DNA of 64,000 bases from Auanema rhodensis (GCA_964057225.1 OZ059894.1:19034001-19098000); one strand, 5' to 3'; shown: positions 13,501 to 30,000, counted from the stretch's first letter. Notes: a model not told the origin generated them from the letters alone. Made by a program: numbers and translations.

Positions 13501-16500
13501 TTTCAAGGCAAAGACGATGGACAATGTTATTCAACGAAAAAATTAATTCTTCAGGGTGAAAATCGAGGATATAAGTGTGAACTTATATCAGTTGATATCT
13601 CGGTGCATTTTTAAGCTAGCGCAAATCTGATAACACAGATCGACGCAGCTTAAAAATCCGCATCGAATGCACTATACTACATTGAGAAACGCTTAATACA
13701 AAAATTAGTTATGATCGTTTGAAAAATGATCCATTAGTGTATGTTGAGTTTCCATGTACACTCAACATTGCTTCCAAAAACATTTTGAAAAAAATTTTTT
13801 CGAAAAATTTCAAAATAAGTTAGCAAAAAGTAGATGTTTTTAGATTCCTTTTTTCAAGGCAAAGACGATGGACAATGTTATTCAACGAAAAAATTAATTC
13901 TTCAGGGTGAAAATCGAGGATATAAGTGTGAACTTATATCAGTTGATATCTCGGTGCATTTTTAAGCTAGCGCAAATCTGATAACACAGATCGACGCAGC
14001 TTACAAATCCGCATCGAATGCATTATACTACATTGAGAAACGCTTAATACAAAAATTAGTTATGATCGTTTGAAAAATGATGCATTAGTGTATGTTGAGT
14101 TTCCATGTACACTCAACATTGCTTCCAAAAACATTTTGACAAAAATTTTTTCGAAAAATTTCAAAATAAATTAGCAAAAAGTAGATGTTTTTAGATTCCA
14201 TTTTTCAAGGCAAAGACGATGGACAATGTTATTCAACGAAAAAATTAATTCTTCAGGGTGAAAATCGAGGATATAAGTGTGAACTTATATCAGTTGATAT
14301 CTCGGTGCATTTTTAAGCTAGCGCAAATCTGATAACACAGATCGACGCAGCTTAAAAATCCGCATCGAATGCACTATACTACATTGAGAAACGCTTAATA
14401 CAAAAATTAGTTATGATCGTTTGAAAAATGATGCATTAGTGTATGTTGAGTTTCCATGTACACTCAACATTGCTTCCAAAAACATTTTGACAAAAATTTT
14501 TTCGAAAAATTTCAGAATAAATTAGCAAAAAGTAGATGTTTTTAGATTCCTTTTTTCAAGGCAAAGACGATGGACAATGTTATTCAACGAAAAAATTAAT
14601 TCTTCAGGGTGAAAATCGAGGATATAAGTGTGAACTTATATCAGTTGATATCTCGGTGCATTTTTAAGCTAGCGCAAATCTGATAACACAGATCGACGCA
14701 GCTTACAAATCCGCATCGAATGCATTATACTACATTGAGAAACGCTTAATACAAAAATTAGTTATGATCGTTTGAAAAATGATGCATTAGTGTATGTTGA
14801 GTTTCCATGTACACTCAACATTGCTTCCAAAAACATTTTGACAAAAATTTTTTCGAAAAATTTCAAAATAAATTAGCAAAAAGTAGATGTTTTTAGATTC
14901 CTTTTTTCAAGGCAAAGACGATGGACAATGTTATTCAACGAAAAAATTAATTCTTCAGGGTGAAAATCGAGGATATAAGTGTGAACTTATATCAGTTGAT
15001 ATCTCGGTGCATTTTTAAGCTAGCGCAAATCTGATAACACAGATCGACGCAGCTTACAAATCCGCATCTAATGCATTATACTACATTGAGAAACGCTTAA
15101 TACAAAAATTAGTTATGATCGTTTGAAAAATGATGCATTAGTGTATGTTGAGTTTCCATGTACACTCAACATTGCTTCCAAAAACATTTTGACAAAAATT
15201 TTTTCGAAAAATTTCAAGATAAATTAGCAAAAAGTAGATGTTTTTAGATTCCATTTTTCAAGGCAAAGACGATGGACAATGTTATTCAACGAAAAAATTA
15301 ATTCTTCAGGGTGAAAATCGAGGATATAAGTGTGAACTTATATCAGTTGATATCTCGGTGCATTTTTAAGCTAGCGCAAATCTGATAACACAGATCGACG
15401 CAGCTTACAAATCCGCATCGAATGCACTATACTACATTGAGAAACGCTTAATACAAAAATTAGTTATGATCGTTTGAAAAATGATGCATTAGTGTATGTT
15501 GAGTTTCCATGTACACTCAACATTGCTTCCAAAAACATTTTGACAAAAATTTTTTCGAAAAATTTCAAAATAATTCAGCAAAAAGTAGATGGTTTTAGAT
15601 TCCTTTTTTCAAGGCAAAGACGATGGACAATGTTATTCAACGAAAAAATTAATTCTTCAGGGTGAAAATCGAGGATATAAGTGTGAACTTATATCAGTTG
15701 ATATCTCGGTGCATTTTTAAGCTAGCGCAAATCTGATAACACAGATCGACGCAGCTTACAAATCCGCATCGAATGCACTATACTACATTGAGAAACGCTT
15801 AATACAAAAATTAGTTATGATCGTTTGAAAAATGATCCATTAGTGTATGTTGAGTTTCCATGTACACTCAACATTGCTTCCAAAAACATTTTGAAAAAAA
15901 TTTTTTCGAAAAATTTCAAAATAAATTAGCAAAAAGTAGATGTTTTTAGATTCCTTTTTTCAAGGCAAAGACGATGGACAATGTTATTCAACGAAAAAAT
16001 TAATTCTTCAGGGTGAAAATCGAGGATATAAGTGTGAACTTATATCAGTTGATATCTCGGTGCATTTTTAAGCTAGCGCAAATCTGATAACACAGATCGA
16101 CGCAGCTTGAAAATCCGCATCGAATGCACTATACTACATTGAGAAACGCTTAATACAAAAATTAGTTATGATCGTTTGAAAAATGATCCATTAGTGTATG
16201 TTGAGTTTCCATGTACACTCAACATTGCTTCCAAAAACATTTTGACAAAAATTTTTTCGAAAAATTTCAAAATAAATTAGCAAAAAGTAGATGTTTTTAG
16301 ATTTTTTTTTTCAAGGCAAAGACGATGGACAATGTTATTCAACGAAAAAATTAATTCTTCAGGGTGAAAATCGAGGATATAAGTGTGAACTTATATCAGT
16401 TGATATCTCGGTGCATTTTTAAGCTAGCGCAAATCTGATAACACAGATCGACGCAGCTTACAAATCCGCATCGAATGCACTATACTACATTGAAAAACGC

Positions 16501-18570
16501 TTAATACAAAAATTAGTTATGATCGTTTGAAAAATGATGCATTAGTGTATGTTGAGTTTCCATGTACACTCAACATTGCTTCCAAAAACATTTTGACAAA
16601 AATTTTTTCGAAAAATTTCAAAATAAATTAGCAAAAAGTAGATGTTTTTAGATTCCTTTTTTCAAGGCAAAGACGATGGACAATGTTATTCAACGAAAAA
16701 ATTAATTCTTCAGGGTGAAAATCGAGGATATAAGTGTGAACTTATATCAGTTGATATCTCGGTGCATTTTTAAGCTAGCGCAAATCTGATAACACAGATC
16801 GACGCAGCTTAAAAATCCGCATCGAATGCACTATACTACATTGAGAAACGCTTAATACAAAAATTAGTTATGATCGTTTGAAAAATGATCCATTAGTGTA
16901 TGTTGAGTTTCCATGTACACTCAACATTGCTTCCAAAAACATTTTGAAAAAAATTTTTTCGAAAAATTTCAAAATAAATTAGCAAAAAGTAGATGTTTTT
17001 AGATTCCTTTTTTCAAGGCAAAGACGATGGACAATGTTATTCAACGAAAAAATTAATTCTTCAGGGTGAAAATCGAGGATATAAGTGTGAACTTATATCA
17101 GTTGATATCTCGGTGCATTTTTAAGCTAGCGCAAATCTGATAACACAGATCGACGCAGCTTACAAATCCGCATCGAATGCACTATACTACATTGAGAAAC
17201 GCTTAATACAGAAATTAGTTATGATCGTTTGAAAAATGATGCATTAGTGTATGTTGAGTTTCCATGTACACTCAACATTGCTTCCAAAAACATTTTGACA
17301 AAAATTTTTTCGAAAAATTTCAAAATAAATTAGCAAAAAGTAGATGTTTTTAGATTCCTTTTTTCAAGGCAAAGACGATGGACAATGTTATTCAACGAAA
17401 AAATTAATTCTTCAGGGTGAAAATCGAGGATATAAGTGTGAACTTATATCAGTTGATATCTCGGTGCATTTTTAAGCTAGCGCAAATCTGATAACACAGA
17501 TCGACGCAGCTTAAAAATCCGCATCGAATGCACTATACTACATTGAGAAACGCTTAATACAAAAATTAGTTATGATCGTTTGAAAAATGATCCATTAGTG
17601 TATGTTGAGTTTCCATGTACACTCAACATTGCTTCCAAAAACATTTTGAAAAAAATTTTTTCGAAAAATTTCAAAATAAATTAGCAAAAAGTAGATGTTT
17701 TTAGATTCCTTTTTTCAAGGCAAAGACGATGGACAATGTTATTCAACGAAAAAATTAATTCTTCAGGGTGAAAATCGAGGATATAAGTGTGAACTTATAT
17801 CAGTTGATATCTCGGTGCATTTTTAAGCTAGCGCAAATCTGATAACACAGATCGACGCAGCTTACAAATCCGCATCGAATGCATTATACTACATTGAGAA
17901 ACGCTTAATACAAAAATTAGTTATGATCGTTTGAAAAATGATGCATTAGTGTATGTTGAGTTTCCATGTACACTCAACATTGCTTCCAAAAACATTTTGA
18001 CAAAAATTTTTTCGAAAAATTTCAAAATAAATTAGCAAAAAGTAGATGTTTTTAGATTCCATTTTTCAAGGCAAAGACGATGGACAATGTTATTCAACGA
18101 AAAAATTAATTCTTCAGGGTGAAAATCGAGGATATAAGTGTGAACTTATATCAGTTGATATCTCGGTGCATTTTTAAGCTAGCGCAAATCTGATAACACA
18201 GATCGACGCAGCTTAAAAATCCGCATCGAATGCACTATACTACATTGAGAAACGCTTAATACAAAAATTAGTTATGATCGTTTGAAAAATGATGCATTAG
18301 TGTATGTTGAGTTTCCATGTACACTCAACATTGCTTCCAAAAACATTTTGACAAAAATTTTTTCGAAAAATTTCAGAATAAATTAGCAAAAAGTAGATGT
18401 TTTTAGATTCCTTTTTTCAAGGCAAAGACGATGGACAATGTTATTCAACGAAAAAATTAATTCTTCAGGGTGAAAATCGAGGATATAAGTGTGAACTTAT
18501 ATCAGTTGATATCTCGGTGCATTTTTAAGCTAGCGCAAATCTGATAACACAGATCGACGCAGCTTACAAA
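10534..18570. repeat. Higher-order repeat: 11-monomer unit (3861 bp), slightly over 2 tandem copies
   Basis: Diagnostic variants recur at exactly 3861 bp: CAGAATAAA (G at 10654/14515/18376), GCTTGAAA (12248/16109), ATACAG (13350/17211), and the TAG>CAG monomer (ORF-track starts 11613/15474). Confidence 0.9.
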
Positions 18571-18606
18571 TCCGCATCGAATGCACTATACTACATTGAG
18601 AAACGC

Positions 18607-21063
18607 TTAATACAAAAATTAGTTATGATCGTTTGAAAAATGATGCATTAGTGTATGTTGAGTTTCCATGTACACTCAACATTGCTTCCAAAAACATTTT
18701 GACAAAAATTTTTTCGAAACATTTCAAAATAAATTAGGAAAAAACAGATGTTTTTAGATTCCTTTTTTCAAGGCAAAGACGATGGACAATGTTATTCAAC
18801 GAAAAAATTAATTCTTCAGGGTGAAAATCGAGGATATAAGTGTGAACTTATATCAGTTGATATCTCGGTGCATTTTTAAGCTAGCGCAAATCTGATAACA
18901 CAGATCGACGCAGCTTAAAAATCCGCATCGAATGCACTATACTACATTGAGAAACGCTTAATACAAAAATTAGTTATGATCGTTTGAAAAATGATGCATT
19001 AGTGTATGTTGAGTTTCCATGTACACTCAACATTGCTTCCAAAAACATTTTGACAAAAATTTTTTCGAAAAATTTCAAAATAAATTAGCAAAAAGTAGAT
19101 GTTTTTAGATTCCTTTTTTCAAGGCAAAGACGATGGACATTGTTATTCAACGAAAAAATTAATTCTTCAGGGTGAAAATCGAGGATATAAGTGTGAACTT
19201 ATATCAGTTGATATCTCGGTGCATTTTTAAGCTAGCGCAAATCTGATAACACAGATCGACGCAGCTTACAAATCCGCATCGAATGCATTATACTACATTG
19301 AGAAACGCTTAATACAAAAATTAGTTATGATCGTTTGAAAAATGATGCATTAGTGTATGTTGAGTTTCCATGTACACTCAACATTGCTTCCAAAAACATT
19401 TTGACAAAAATTTTTTCGAAAAATTTCAAGATAAATTAGCAAAAAGTAGATGTTTTTAGATTCCATTTTTCAAGGCAAAGACGATGGACAATGTTATTCA
19501 ACGAAAAAATTAATTCTTCAGGGTGAAAATCGAGGATATAAGTGTGAACTTATATCAGTTGATATCTCGGTGCATTTTTAAGCTAGCGCAAATCTGATAA
19601 CACAGATCGACGCAGCTTACAAATCCGCATCGAATGCACTATACTACATTGAGAAACGCTTAATACAAAAATTAGTTATGATCGTTTGAAAAATGATGCA
19701 TTAGTGTATGTTGAGTTTCCATGTACACTCAACATTGCTTCCAAAAACATTTTGACAAAAAGTTTTTCGAAACATTTCAAAATAAATTAGGAAAAAACAG
19801 ATGTTTTTAGATTCCTTTTTTCAAGGCAAAGACGATGGACAATGTTATTCAACGAAAAAATTAATTCTTCAGGGTGAAAATCGAGGATATAAGTGTGAAC
19901 TTATATCAGTTGATATCTCGGTGCATTTTTAAGCTAGCGCAAATCTGATAACACAGATCGACGCAGCTTAAAAATCCGCATCGAATGCACTATACTACAT
20001 TGAGAAACGCTTAATACAAAAATTAGTTATGATCGTTTGAAAAATGATGCATTAGTGTATGTTGAGTTTCCATGTACACTCAACATTGCTTCCAAAAACA
20101 TTTTGACAAAAATTTTTTCGAAAAATTTCAAAATAAATTAGCAAAAAGTAGATGTTTTTAGATTCCTTTTTGCAAGGCAAAGACGATGGACAATGTTATT
20201 CAACGAAAAAATTAATTCTTCAGGGTGAAAATCGAGGATATAAGTGTGAACTTATATCAGTTGATATCTCGGTGCATTTTTAAGCTAGCGCAAATCTGAT
20301 AACACAGATCGACGCAGCTTACAAATCCGCATCGAATGCATTATACTACATTGAGAAACGCTTAATGCAAAAATTAGTTATGATCGTTTGAAAAATGATG
20401 CATTAGTGTATGTTGAGTTTCCATGTACACTCAACATTGCTTCCAAAAACATTTTGACAAAAATTTTTTCGAAAAATTTCAAGATAAATTAGCAAAAAGT
20501 AGATGTTTTTAGATTCCATTTTTCAAGGCAAAGACGATGGACAATGTTATTCAACGAAAAAATTAATTCTTCAGGGTGAAAATCGAGGATATAAGTGTGA
20601 ACTTATATCAGTTGATATCTCGGTGCATTTTTAAGCTAGCGCAAATCTGATAACACAGATCGACGCAGCTTACAAATCCGCATCGAATGCACTATACTAC
20701 ATTGAGAAACGCTTAATACAAAAATTAGTTATGATCGTTTGAAAAATGATGCATTAGTGTATGTTGAGTTTCCATGTACACTCAACATTGCTTCCAAAAA
20801 CATTTTGACAAAAAGTTTTTCGAAACATTTCAAAATATATTAGGAAAAAACAGATGTTTTTAGATTCCTTTTTTCAAGGCAAAGACGATGGACAATGTTA
20901 TTCAACGAAAAAATTAATTCTTCAGGGTGAAAATCGAGGATATAAGTGTGAACTTATATCAGTTGATATCTCGGTGCATTTTTAAGCTAGCGCAAATCTG
21001 ATAACACAGATCGACGCAGCTTAAAAATCCGCATCGAATGCACTATACTACATTGAGAAACGC
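18607..21063. repeat. Higher-order repeat: 3-monomer unit (1053 bp)
   Basis: The haplotype GAAACATTTC...TAGGAAAAAACAG recurs at ~18720, ~19773 and ~20826. The same 1053-bp spacing is seen at ~32758/33811 and ~36268/37321. Confidence 0.85.
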
Positions 21064-24000
21064 TCAATACAAAAATTAGTTATGATTGTTTGAAAAATGA
21101 TGCATTAGTGTATGTTGAGTTTCCATGTACACTCAACATTGCTTCCAAAAACATTTTGACAAAAATTTTTTCGAGAAATTTCAAAATAATTTAGCAAAAA
21201 GTAGATGTTTTTAGATTCCTTTTTTCAAGGCAAAGACGATGGACAATGTTATTCAACGAAAAAATTAATTCTTCAGGGTGAAAATCGAGGATATAAGTGT
21301 GAAGTTATATCAGTTGATATCTCGGTGCATTTTTAAGCTAGCGCAAATCTGATAACACAGAACGACGCAGCTTAAAAATTTGCATCGAATGCACTATACT
21401 ACATTGAAAAACGCTTAATACAAAAATTAGTTATGATCGTTTGAAAAATGATGCATTAGTGTATGTTGAGTTTCCATGTACACTCAACATTGCTTCCAAA
21501 AACATTTTGACAAAAATTTTTTCGAAAAATTTCGAAATAATTTAGCAAAAAGTAGATGTTTTTAGATTCCATTTTTCAAGGCAAAGACGATGGACAATGT
21601 TATTCAACGAAAAAATTAATTCTTCAGGGTGAAAATCGAGGATATAAGTGTGAACTTATATCAGTTGATATCTCGGTGCATTTTTAAGCTAGCGCAAATC
21701 TGATAACACAGATCGACGCAGCTTAAAAATCCGCATCGAATGCACTATACTACATTGAGAAACGCTCAATACAAAAATTAGTTATGATCGTTTGAAAAAT
21801 GATGCATTAGTGTATGTTGAGTTTCCATGTACACTCAACATTGCTTCCAAAAACATTTTGACAAAAATTTTTTCGAAAAATTTCAAAATAATTTAGCAAA
21901 AAGTAGATGTTTTTAGATTCCTTTTTTCAAGGCAAAGACGATGGACAATGTTATTCAACGAAAAAATTAATTCTTCAGGGTGAAAATCGAGGATATAAGT
22001 GTGAACTTATATCAGTTGATATCTCGGTGCATTTTTAAGCTAGCGCAAATCTGATAACACAGAACGACGCAGCTTAAAAATCCGCATCGAATGCACTATA
22101 CTACATTGAAAAACGCTTAATACAAAAATTAGTTATGATCGTTTGAAAAATGATGCATTAGTGTATGTTGAGTTTCCATGTACACTCAACATTGCTTCCA
22201 AAAACATTTTGACAAAAATTTTTTCGAAAAATTTCGAAATAATTTAGCAAAAAGTAGATGTTTTTAGATTCCATTTTTCAAGGCAAAGACGATGGACATT
22301 GTTATTCGACGAAAAAATTAATTCTTCAGGGTGAAAATCGAGGATATAAGTGTGAACTTATATCAGTTGATATCTCGGTGCATTTTTAAGCTAGCGCAAA
22401 TCTGATAACACAGAACGACGCAGCTTAAAAATTCGCATCGAATGCACTATACTACATTGAAAAACGCTTAATACAAAAATTAGTTATGATCGTTTGAAAA
22501 ATGATGCATTAGTGTATGTTGAGTTTCCATGTACACTCAACATTGCTTCCAAAAACATTTTGACAAAAATTTTTTCGAGAAATTTCAAAATAATTTAGCA
22601 AAAAGTAGATGTTTTTAGATTCCTTTTTTCAAGGCAAAGACGATGGACAATGTTATTCAACGAAAAAATTAATTCTTCAGGGTGAAAATCGAGGATATAC
22701 GTGTGAACTTATATCAGTTGATATCTCGGTGCATTTTTAAGCTAGCGCAAATCTGATAACACAGATCGACGCAGCTTAAAAATCCGCATCGAATGCACTA
22801 TACTACATTGAGAAACGCTCAATACAAAAATTAGTTATGATCGTTTGAAAAATGATGCATTAGTGTATGTTGAGTTTCCATGTACACTCAACATTGCTTC
22901 CAAAAACATTTTGACAAAAATTTTTTCGAAAAATTTCAAAATAATTTAGCAAAAAGTAGATGTTTTTAGATTCCTTTTTTCAAGGCAAAGACGATGGACA
23001 ATGTTATTCAACGAAAAAATTAATTCTTCAGGGTGAAAATCGAGGATATAAGTGTGAACTTATATCAGTTGATATCTCGGTGCATTTTTAAGCTAGCGCA
23101 AATCTGATAACACAGAACGACGCAGCTTAAAAATCCGCATCGAATGCACTATACTACATTGAAAAACGCTTAATACAAAAATTAGTTATGATCGTTTGAA
23201 AAATGATGCATTAGTGTATGTTGAGTTTCCATGTACACTCAACATTGCTTCCAAAAACATTTTGACAAAAATTTTTTCGAAAAATTTCGAAATAATTTAG
23301 CAAAAAGTAGATGTTTTTAGATTCCATTTTTCAAGGCAAAGACGATGGACATTGTTATTCGACGAAAAAATTAATTCTTCAGGGTGAAAATCGAGGATAT
23401 AAGTGTGAACTTATATCAGTTGATATCTCGGTGCATTTTTAAGCTAGCGCAAATCTGATAACACAGAACGACGCAGCTTAAAAATTCGCATCGAATGCAC
23501 TATACTACATTGGAAAACGCTTAATACAAAAATTAGTTATGATCGTTTGAAAAATGATGCATTAGTGTATGTTGAGTTTCCATGTACACTCAACATTGCT
23601 TCCAAAAACATTTTGACAAAAATTTTTTCGAGAAATTTCAAAATAATTTAGCAAAAAGTAGATGTTTTTAGATTCCTTTTTTCAAGGCAAAGACGATGGA
23701 CAATGTTATTCAACGAAAAAATTAATTCTTCAGGGTGAAAATCGAGGATATAAGTGTGAACTTATATCAGTTGATATCTCGGTGCATTTTTAAGCTAGCG
23801 CAAATCTGATAACACAGAACGACGCAGCTTAAAAATCCGCATCGAATGCACTATACTACATTGAAAAACGCTTAATACAAAAATTAGTTATGATCGTTTG
23901 AAAAATGATGCATTAGTGTATGTTGAGTTTCCATGTACACTCAACATTGCTTCCAAAAACATTTTGACAAAAATTTTTTTGAAAAATTTCAAAATAATTT

Positions 24001-27000
24001 AGCAAAAAGTAGATGTTTTTAGATTCCTTTTTTCAAGGCAAAGACGATGGACAATGTTATTCAACGAAAAAATTAATTCTTCAGGGTGAAAATCGAGGAT
24101 ATAAGTGTGAACTTATATCAGTTGATATCTCGGTGCATTTTTAAGCTAGCGCAAATCTGATAACACAGAACGACGCAGCTTAAAAATCCGCATCGAATGC
24201 ACTATACTACATTGAGAAACGCTTAATACAAAAATTAGTTATGATCGTTTGAAAAATGATGCATTAGTGTATGTTGAGTTTCCATGTACACTCAACATTG
24301 CTTCCAAAAACATTTTGACAAAAATTTTTTCGAAAAATTTCAAGATAAATTAGCAAAAAGTAGATGTTTTTAGATTCCATTTTTCAAGGCAAAGACGATG
24401 GACAATGTTATTCAACGAAAAAATTAATTCTTCAGGGTGAAAATCGAGGATATAAGTGTGAACTTATATCAGTTGATATCTCGGTGCATTTTTAAGCTAG
24501 CGCAAATCTGATAACACAGATCGACGCAGCTTACAAATCCGCATCGAATGCACTATACTACATTGAGAAACGCTTAATACAAAAATTAGTTATGATCGTT
24601 TGAAAAATGATGCATTAGTGTATGTTGAGTTTCCATGTACACTCAACATTGCTTCCAAAAACATTTTGACAAAAAGTTTTTCGAAACATTTCAAAATAAA
24701 TTAGGAAAAAACAGATGTTTTTAGATTCCTTTTTTCAAGGCAAAGACGATGGACAATGTTATTCAACGAAAAAATTAATTCTTCAGGGTGAAAATCGAGG
24801 ATATAAGTGTGAACTTATATCAGTTGATATCTCGGTGCATTTTTAAGCTAGCGCAAATCTGATAACACAGATCGACGCAGCTTAAAAATCCGCATCGAAT
24901 GCACTATACTACATTGAGAAACGCTTAATACAAAATTAGTTATGATCGTTTGAAAAATGATGCATTAGTGTATGTTGAGTTTCCATGTACACTCAACATT
25001 GCTTCCAAAAACATTTTGACAAAAATTTTTTCGAAAAATTTCAAAATAATTTAGCAAAAAGTAGATGTTTTTAGATTCCTTTTTTCAAGGCAAAGACGAT
25101 GGACAATGTTATTCAACGAAAAAATTAATTCTTCAGGGTGAAAATCGAGGATATAAGTGTGAACTTATATCAGTTGATATCTCGGTGCATTTTTAAGCTA
25201 GCGCAAATCTGATAACACAGATCGACGCAGCTTAAAAATCCGCATCGAATGCACTATACTACATTGAGAAACGCTCAATACAAAAATTAGTTATGATCGT
25301 TTGAAAAATGATGCATTAGTGTATGTTGAGTTTCCATGTACACTCAACATTGCTTCCAAAAACATTTTGACAAAAATTTTTTCGAGAAATTTCAAAATAA
25401 TTTAGCAAAAAGTAGATGTTTTTAGATTCCTTTTTTCAAGGCAAAGACGATGGACAATGTTATTCAACGAAAAAATTAATTCTTCAGGGTGAAAATCGAG
25501 GATATAAGTGTGAACTTATATCAGTTGATATCTCGGTGCATTTTTAAGCTAGCGCAAATCTGATAACACAGATCGACGCAGCTTAAAAATCCGCATCGAA
25601 TGCACTATACTACATTGAGAAACGCTCAATACAAAAATTAGTTATGATCGTTTGAAAAATGATGCATTAGTGTATGTTGAGTTTCCATGTACACTCAACA
25701 TTGCTTCCAAAAACATTTTGACAAAAATTTTTTCGAAAAATTTCAAAATAATTTAGCAAAAAGTAGATGTTTTTAGATTCCTTTTTTCAAGGCAAAGACG
25801 ATGGACAATGTTATTCAACGAAAAAATTAATTCTTCAGGGTGAAAATCGAGGATATAAGTGTGAACTTATATCAGTTGATATCTCGGTGCATTTTTAAGC
25901 TAGCGCAAATCTGATAACACAGAACGACGCAGCTTAAAAATCCGCATCGAATGCACTATACTACATTGAAAAACGCTTAATACAAAAATTAGTTATGATC
26001 GTTTGAAAAATGATGCATTAGTGTATGTTGAGTTTCCATGTACACTCAACATTGCTTCCAAAAACATTTTGACAAAAATTTTTTCGAAAAATTTCGAAAT
26101 AATTTAGCAAAAAGTAGATGTTTTTAGATTCCATTTTTCAAGGCAAAGACGATGGACAATGTTATTCAACGAAAAAATTAATTCTTCAGGGTGAAAATCG
26201 AGGATATAAGTGTGAACTTATATCAGTTGATATCTCGGTGCATTTTTAAGCTAGCGCAAATCTGATAACACAGATCGACGCAGCTTAAAAATCCGCATCG
26301 AATGCACTATACTACATTGAAAAACGCTTAATACAAAAATTAGTTATGATCGTTTGAAAAATGATGCATTAGTGTATGTTGAGTTTCCATGTACACTCAA
26401 CATTGCTTCCAAAAACATTTTGACAAAAATTTTTTCGAAAAATTTCGAAATAATTTAGCAAAAAGTAGATGTTTTTAGATTCCATTTTTCAAGGCAAAGA
26501 CGATGGACATTGTTATTCGACGAAAAAATTAATTCTTCAGGGTGAAAATCGAGGATATAAGTGTGAACTTATATCAGTTGATATCTCGGTGCATTTTTAA
26601 GCTAGCGCAAATCTGATAACACAGAACGACGCAGCTTAAAAATTCGCATCGAATGCACTATACTACATTGGAAAACGCTTAATACAAAAATTAGTTATGA
26701 TCGTTTGAAAAATGATGCATTAGTGTATGTTGAGTTTCCATGTACACTCAACATTGCTTCCAAAAACATTTTGACAAAAATTTTTTCGAGAAATTTCAAA
26801 ATAATTTAGCAAAAAGTAGATGTTTTTAGATTCCTTTTTTCAAGGCAAAGACGATGGACAATGTTATTCAACGAAAAAATTAATTCTTCAGGGTGAAAAT
26901 CGAGGATATAAGTGTGAACTTATATCAGTTGATATCTCGGTGCATTTTTAAGCTAGCGCAAATCTGATAACACAGAACGACGCAGCTTAAAAATCCGCAT

Positions 27001-30000
27001 CGAATGCACTATACTACATTGAAAAACGCTTAATACAAAAATTAGTTATGATCGTTTGAAAAATGATGCATTAGTGTATGTTGAGTTTCCATGTACACTC
27101 AACATTGCTTCCAAAAACATTTTGACAAAAATTTTTTTGAAAAATTTCAAAATAATTTAGCAAAAAGTAGATGTTTTTAGATTCCTTTTTTCAAGGCAAA
27201 GACGATGGACAATGTTATTCAACGAAAAAATTAATTCTTCAGGGTGAAAATCGAGGATATAAGTGTGAACTTATATCAGTTGATATCTCGGTGCATTTTT
27301 AAGCTAGCGCAAATCTGATAACACAGAACGACGCAGCTTAAAAATCCGCATCGAATGCACTATACTACATTGAGAAACGCTTAATACAAAAATTAGTTAT
27401 GATCGTTTGAAAAATGATGCATTAGTGTATGTTGAGTTTCCATGTACACTCAACATTGCTTCCAAAAACATTTTGACAAAAATTTTTTCGAGAAATTTCA
27501 AAATAATTTAGCAAAAAGTAGATGTTTTTAGATTCCTTTTTTCAAGGCAAAGACGATGGACAATGTTATTCAACGAAAAAATTAATTCTTCAGGGTGAAA
27601 ATCGAGGATATAAGTGTGAACTTATATCAGTTGATATCTCGGTGCATTTTTAAGCTAGCGCAAATCTGATAACACAGATCGACGCAGCTTAAAAATCCGC
27701 ATCGAATGCACTATACTACATTGAGAAACGCTTAATACAAAATTAGTTATGATCGTTTGAAAAATGATGCATTAGTGTATGTTGAGTTTCCATGTACACT
27801 CAACATTGCTTCCAAAAACATTTTGACAAAAATTTTTTCGAAAAATTTCAAAATAATTTAGCAAAAAGTAGATGTTTTTAGATTCCTTTTTTCAAGGCAA
27901 AGACGATGGACAATGTTATTCAACGAAAAAATTAATTCTTCAGGGTGAAAATCGAGGATATAAGTGTGAACTTATATCAGTTGATATCTCGGTGCATTTT
28001 TAAGCTAGCGCAAATCTGATAACACAGATCGACGCAGCTTAAAAATCCGCATCGAATGCACTATACTACATTGAGAAACGCTCAATACAAAAATTAGTTA
28101 TGATCGTTTGAAAAATGATGCATTAGTGTATGTTGAGTTTCCATGTACACTCAACATTGCTTCCAAAAACATTTTGACAAAAATTTTTTCGAGAAATTTC
28201 AAAATAATTTAGCAAAAAGTAGATGTTTTTAGATTCCTTTTTTCAAGGCAAAGACGATGGACGATGTTATTCAACGAAAAAATTAATTCTTCAGGGTGAA
28301 AATCGAGGATATAAGTGTGAACTTATATCAGTTGATATCTCGGTGCATTTTTAAGCTAGCGCAAATCTGATAACACAGATCGACGCAGCTTAAAAATCCG
28401 CATCGAATGCACTATACTACATTGAGAAACGCTCAATACAAAAATTAGTTATGATCGTTTGAAAAATGATGCATTAGTGTATGTTGAGTTTCCATGTACA
28501 CTCAACATTGCTTCCAAAAACATTTTGACAAAAATTTTTTCGAAAAATTTCAAAATAATTTAGCAAAAAGTAGATGTTTTTAGATTCCTTTTTTCAAGGC
28601 AAAGACGATGGACAATGTTATTCAACGAAAAAATTAATTCTTCAGGGTGAAAATCGAGGATATAAGTGTGAACTTATATCAGTTGATATCTCGGTGCATT
28701 TTTAAGCTAGCGCAAATCTGATAACACAGAACGACGCAGCTTAAAAATCCGCATCGAATGCACTATACTACATTGAAAAACGCTTAATACAAAAATTAGT
28801 TATGATCGTTTGAAAAATGATGCATTAGTGTATGTTGAGTTTCCATGTACACTCAACATTGCTTCCAAAAACATTTTGACAAAAATTTTTTCGAAAAATT
28901 TCGAAATAATTTAGCAAAAAGTAGATGTTTTTAGATTCCATTTTTCAAGGCAAAGACGATGGACAATGTTATTCAACGAAAAAATTAATTCTTCAGGGTG
29001 AAAATCGAGGATATAAGTGTGAACTTATATCAGTTGATATCTCGGTGCATTTTTAAGCTAGCGCAAATCTGATAACACAGATCGACGCAGCTTAAAAATC
29101 CGCATCGAATGCACTATACTACATTGAGAAACGCTCAATACAAAAATTAGTTATGATCGTTTGAAAAATGATGCATTAGTGTATGTTGAGTTTCCATGTA
29201 CACTCAACATTGCTTCCAAAAACATTTTGACAAAAATTTTTTCGAAAAATTTCAAAATAATTTAGCAAAAAGTAGATGTTTTTAGATTCCTTTTTTCAAG
29301 GCAAAGACGATGGACAATGTTATTCAACGAAAAAATTAATTCTTCAGGGTGAAAATCGAGGATATAAGTGTGAACTTATATCAGTTGATATCTCGGTGCA
29401 TTTTTAAGCTAGCGCAAATCTGATAACACAGAACGACGCAGCTTAAAAATCCGCATCGAATGCACTATACTACATTGAAAAACGCTTAATACAAAAATTA
29501 GTTATGATCGTTTGAAAAATGATGCATTAGTGTATGTTGAGTTTCCATGTACACTCAACATTGCTTCCAAAAACATTTTGACAAAAATTTTTTCGAAAAA
29601 TTTCGAAATAATTTAGCAAAAAGTAGATGTTTTTAGATTCCATTTTTCAAGGCAAAGACGATGGACATTGTTATTCGACGAAAAAATTAATTCTTCAGGG
29701 TGAAAATCGAGGATATAAGTGTGAACTTATATCAGTTGATATCTCGGTGCATTTTTAAGCTAGCGCAAATCTGATAACACAGAACGACGCAGCTTAAAAA
29801 TTCGCATCGAATGCACTATACTACATTGAAAAACGCTTAATACAAAAATTAGTTATGATCGTTTGAAAAATGATGCATTAGTGTATGTTGAGTTTCCATG
29901 TACACTCAACATTGCTTCCAAAAACATTTTGACAAAAATTTTTTCGAGAAATTTCAAAATAATTTAGCAAAAAGTAGATGTTTTTAGATTCCTTTTTTCA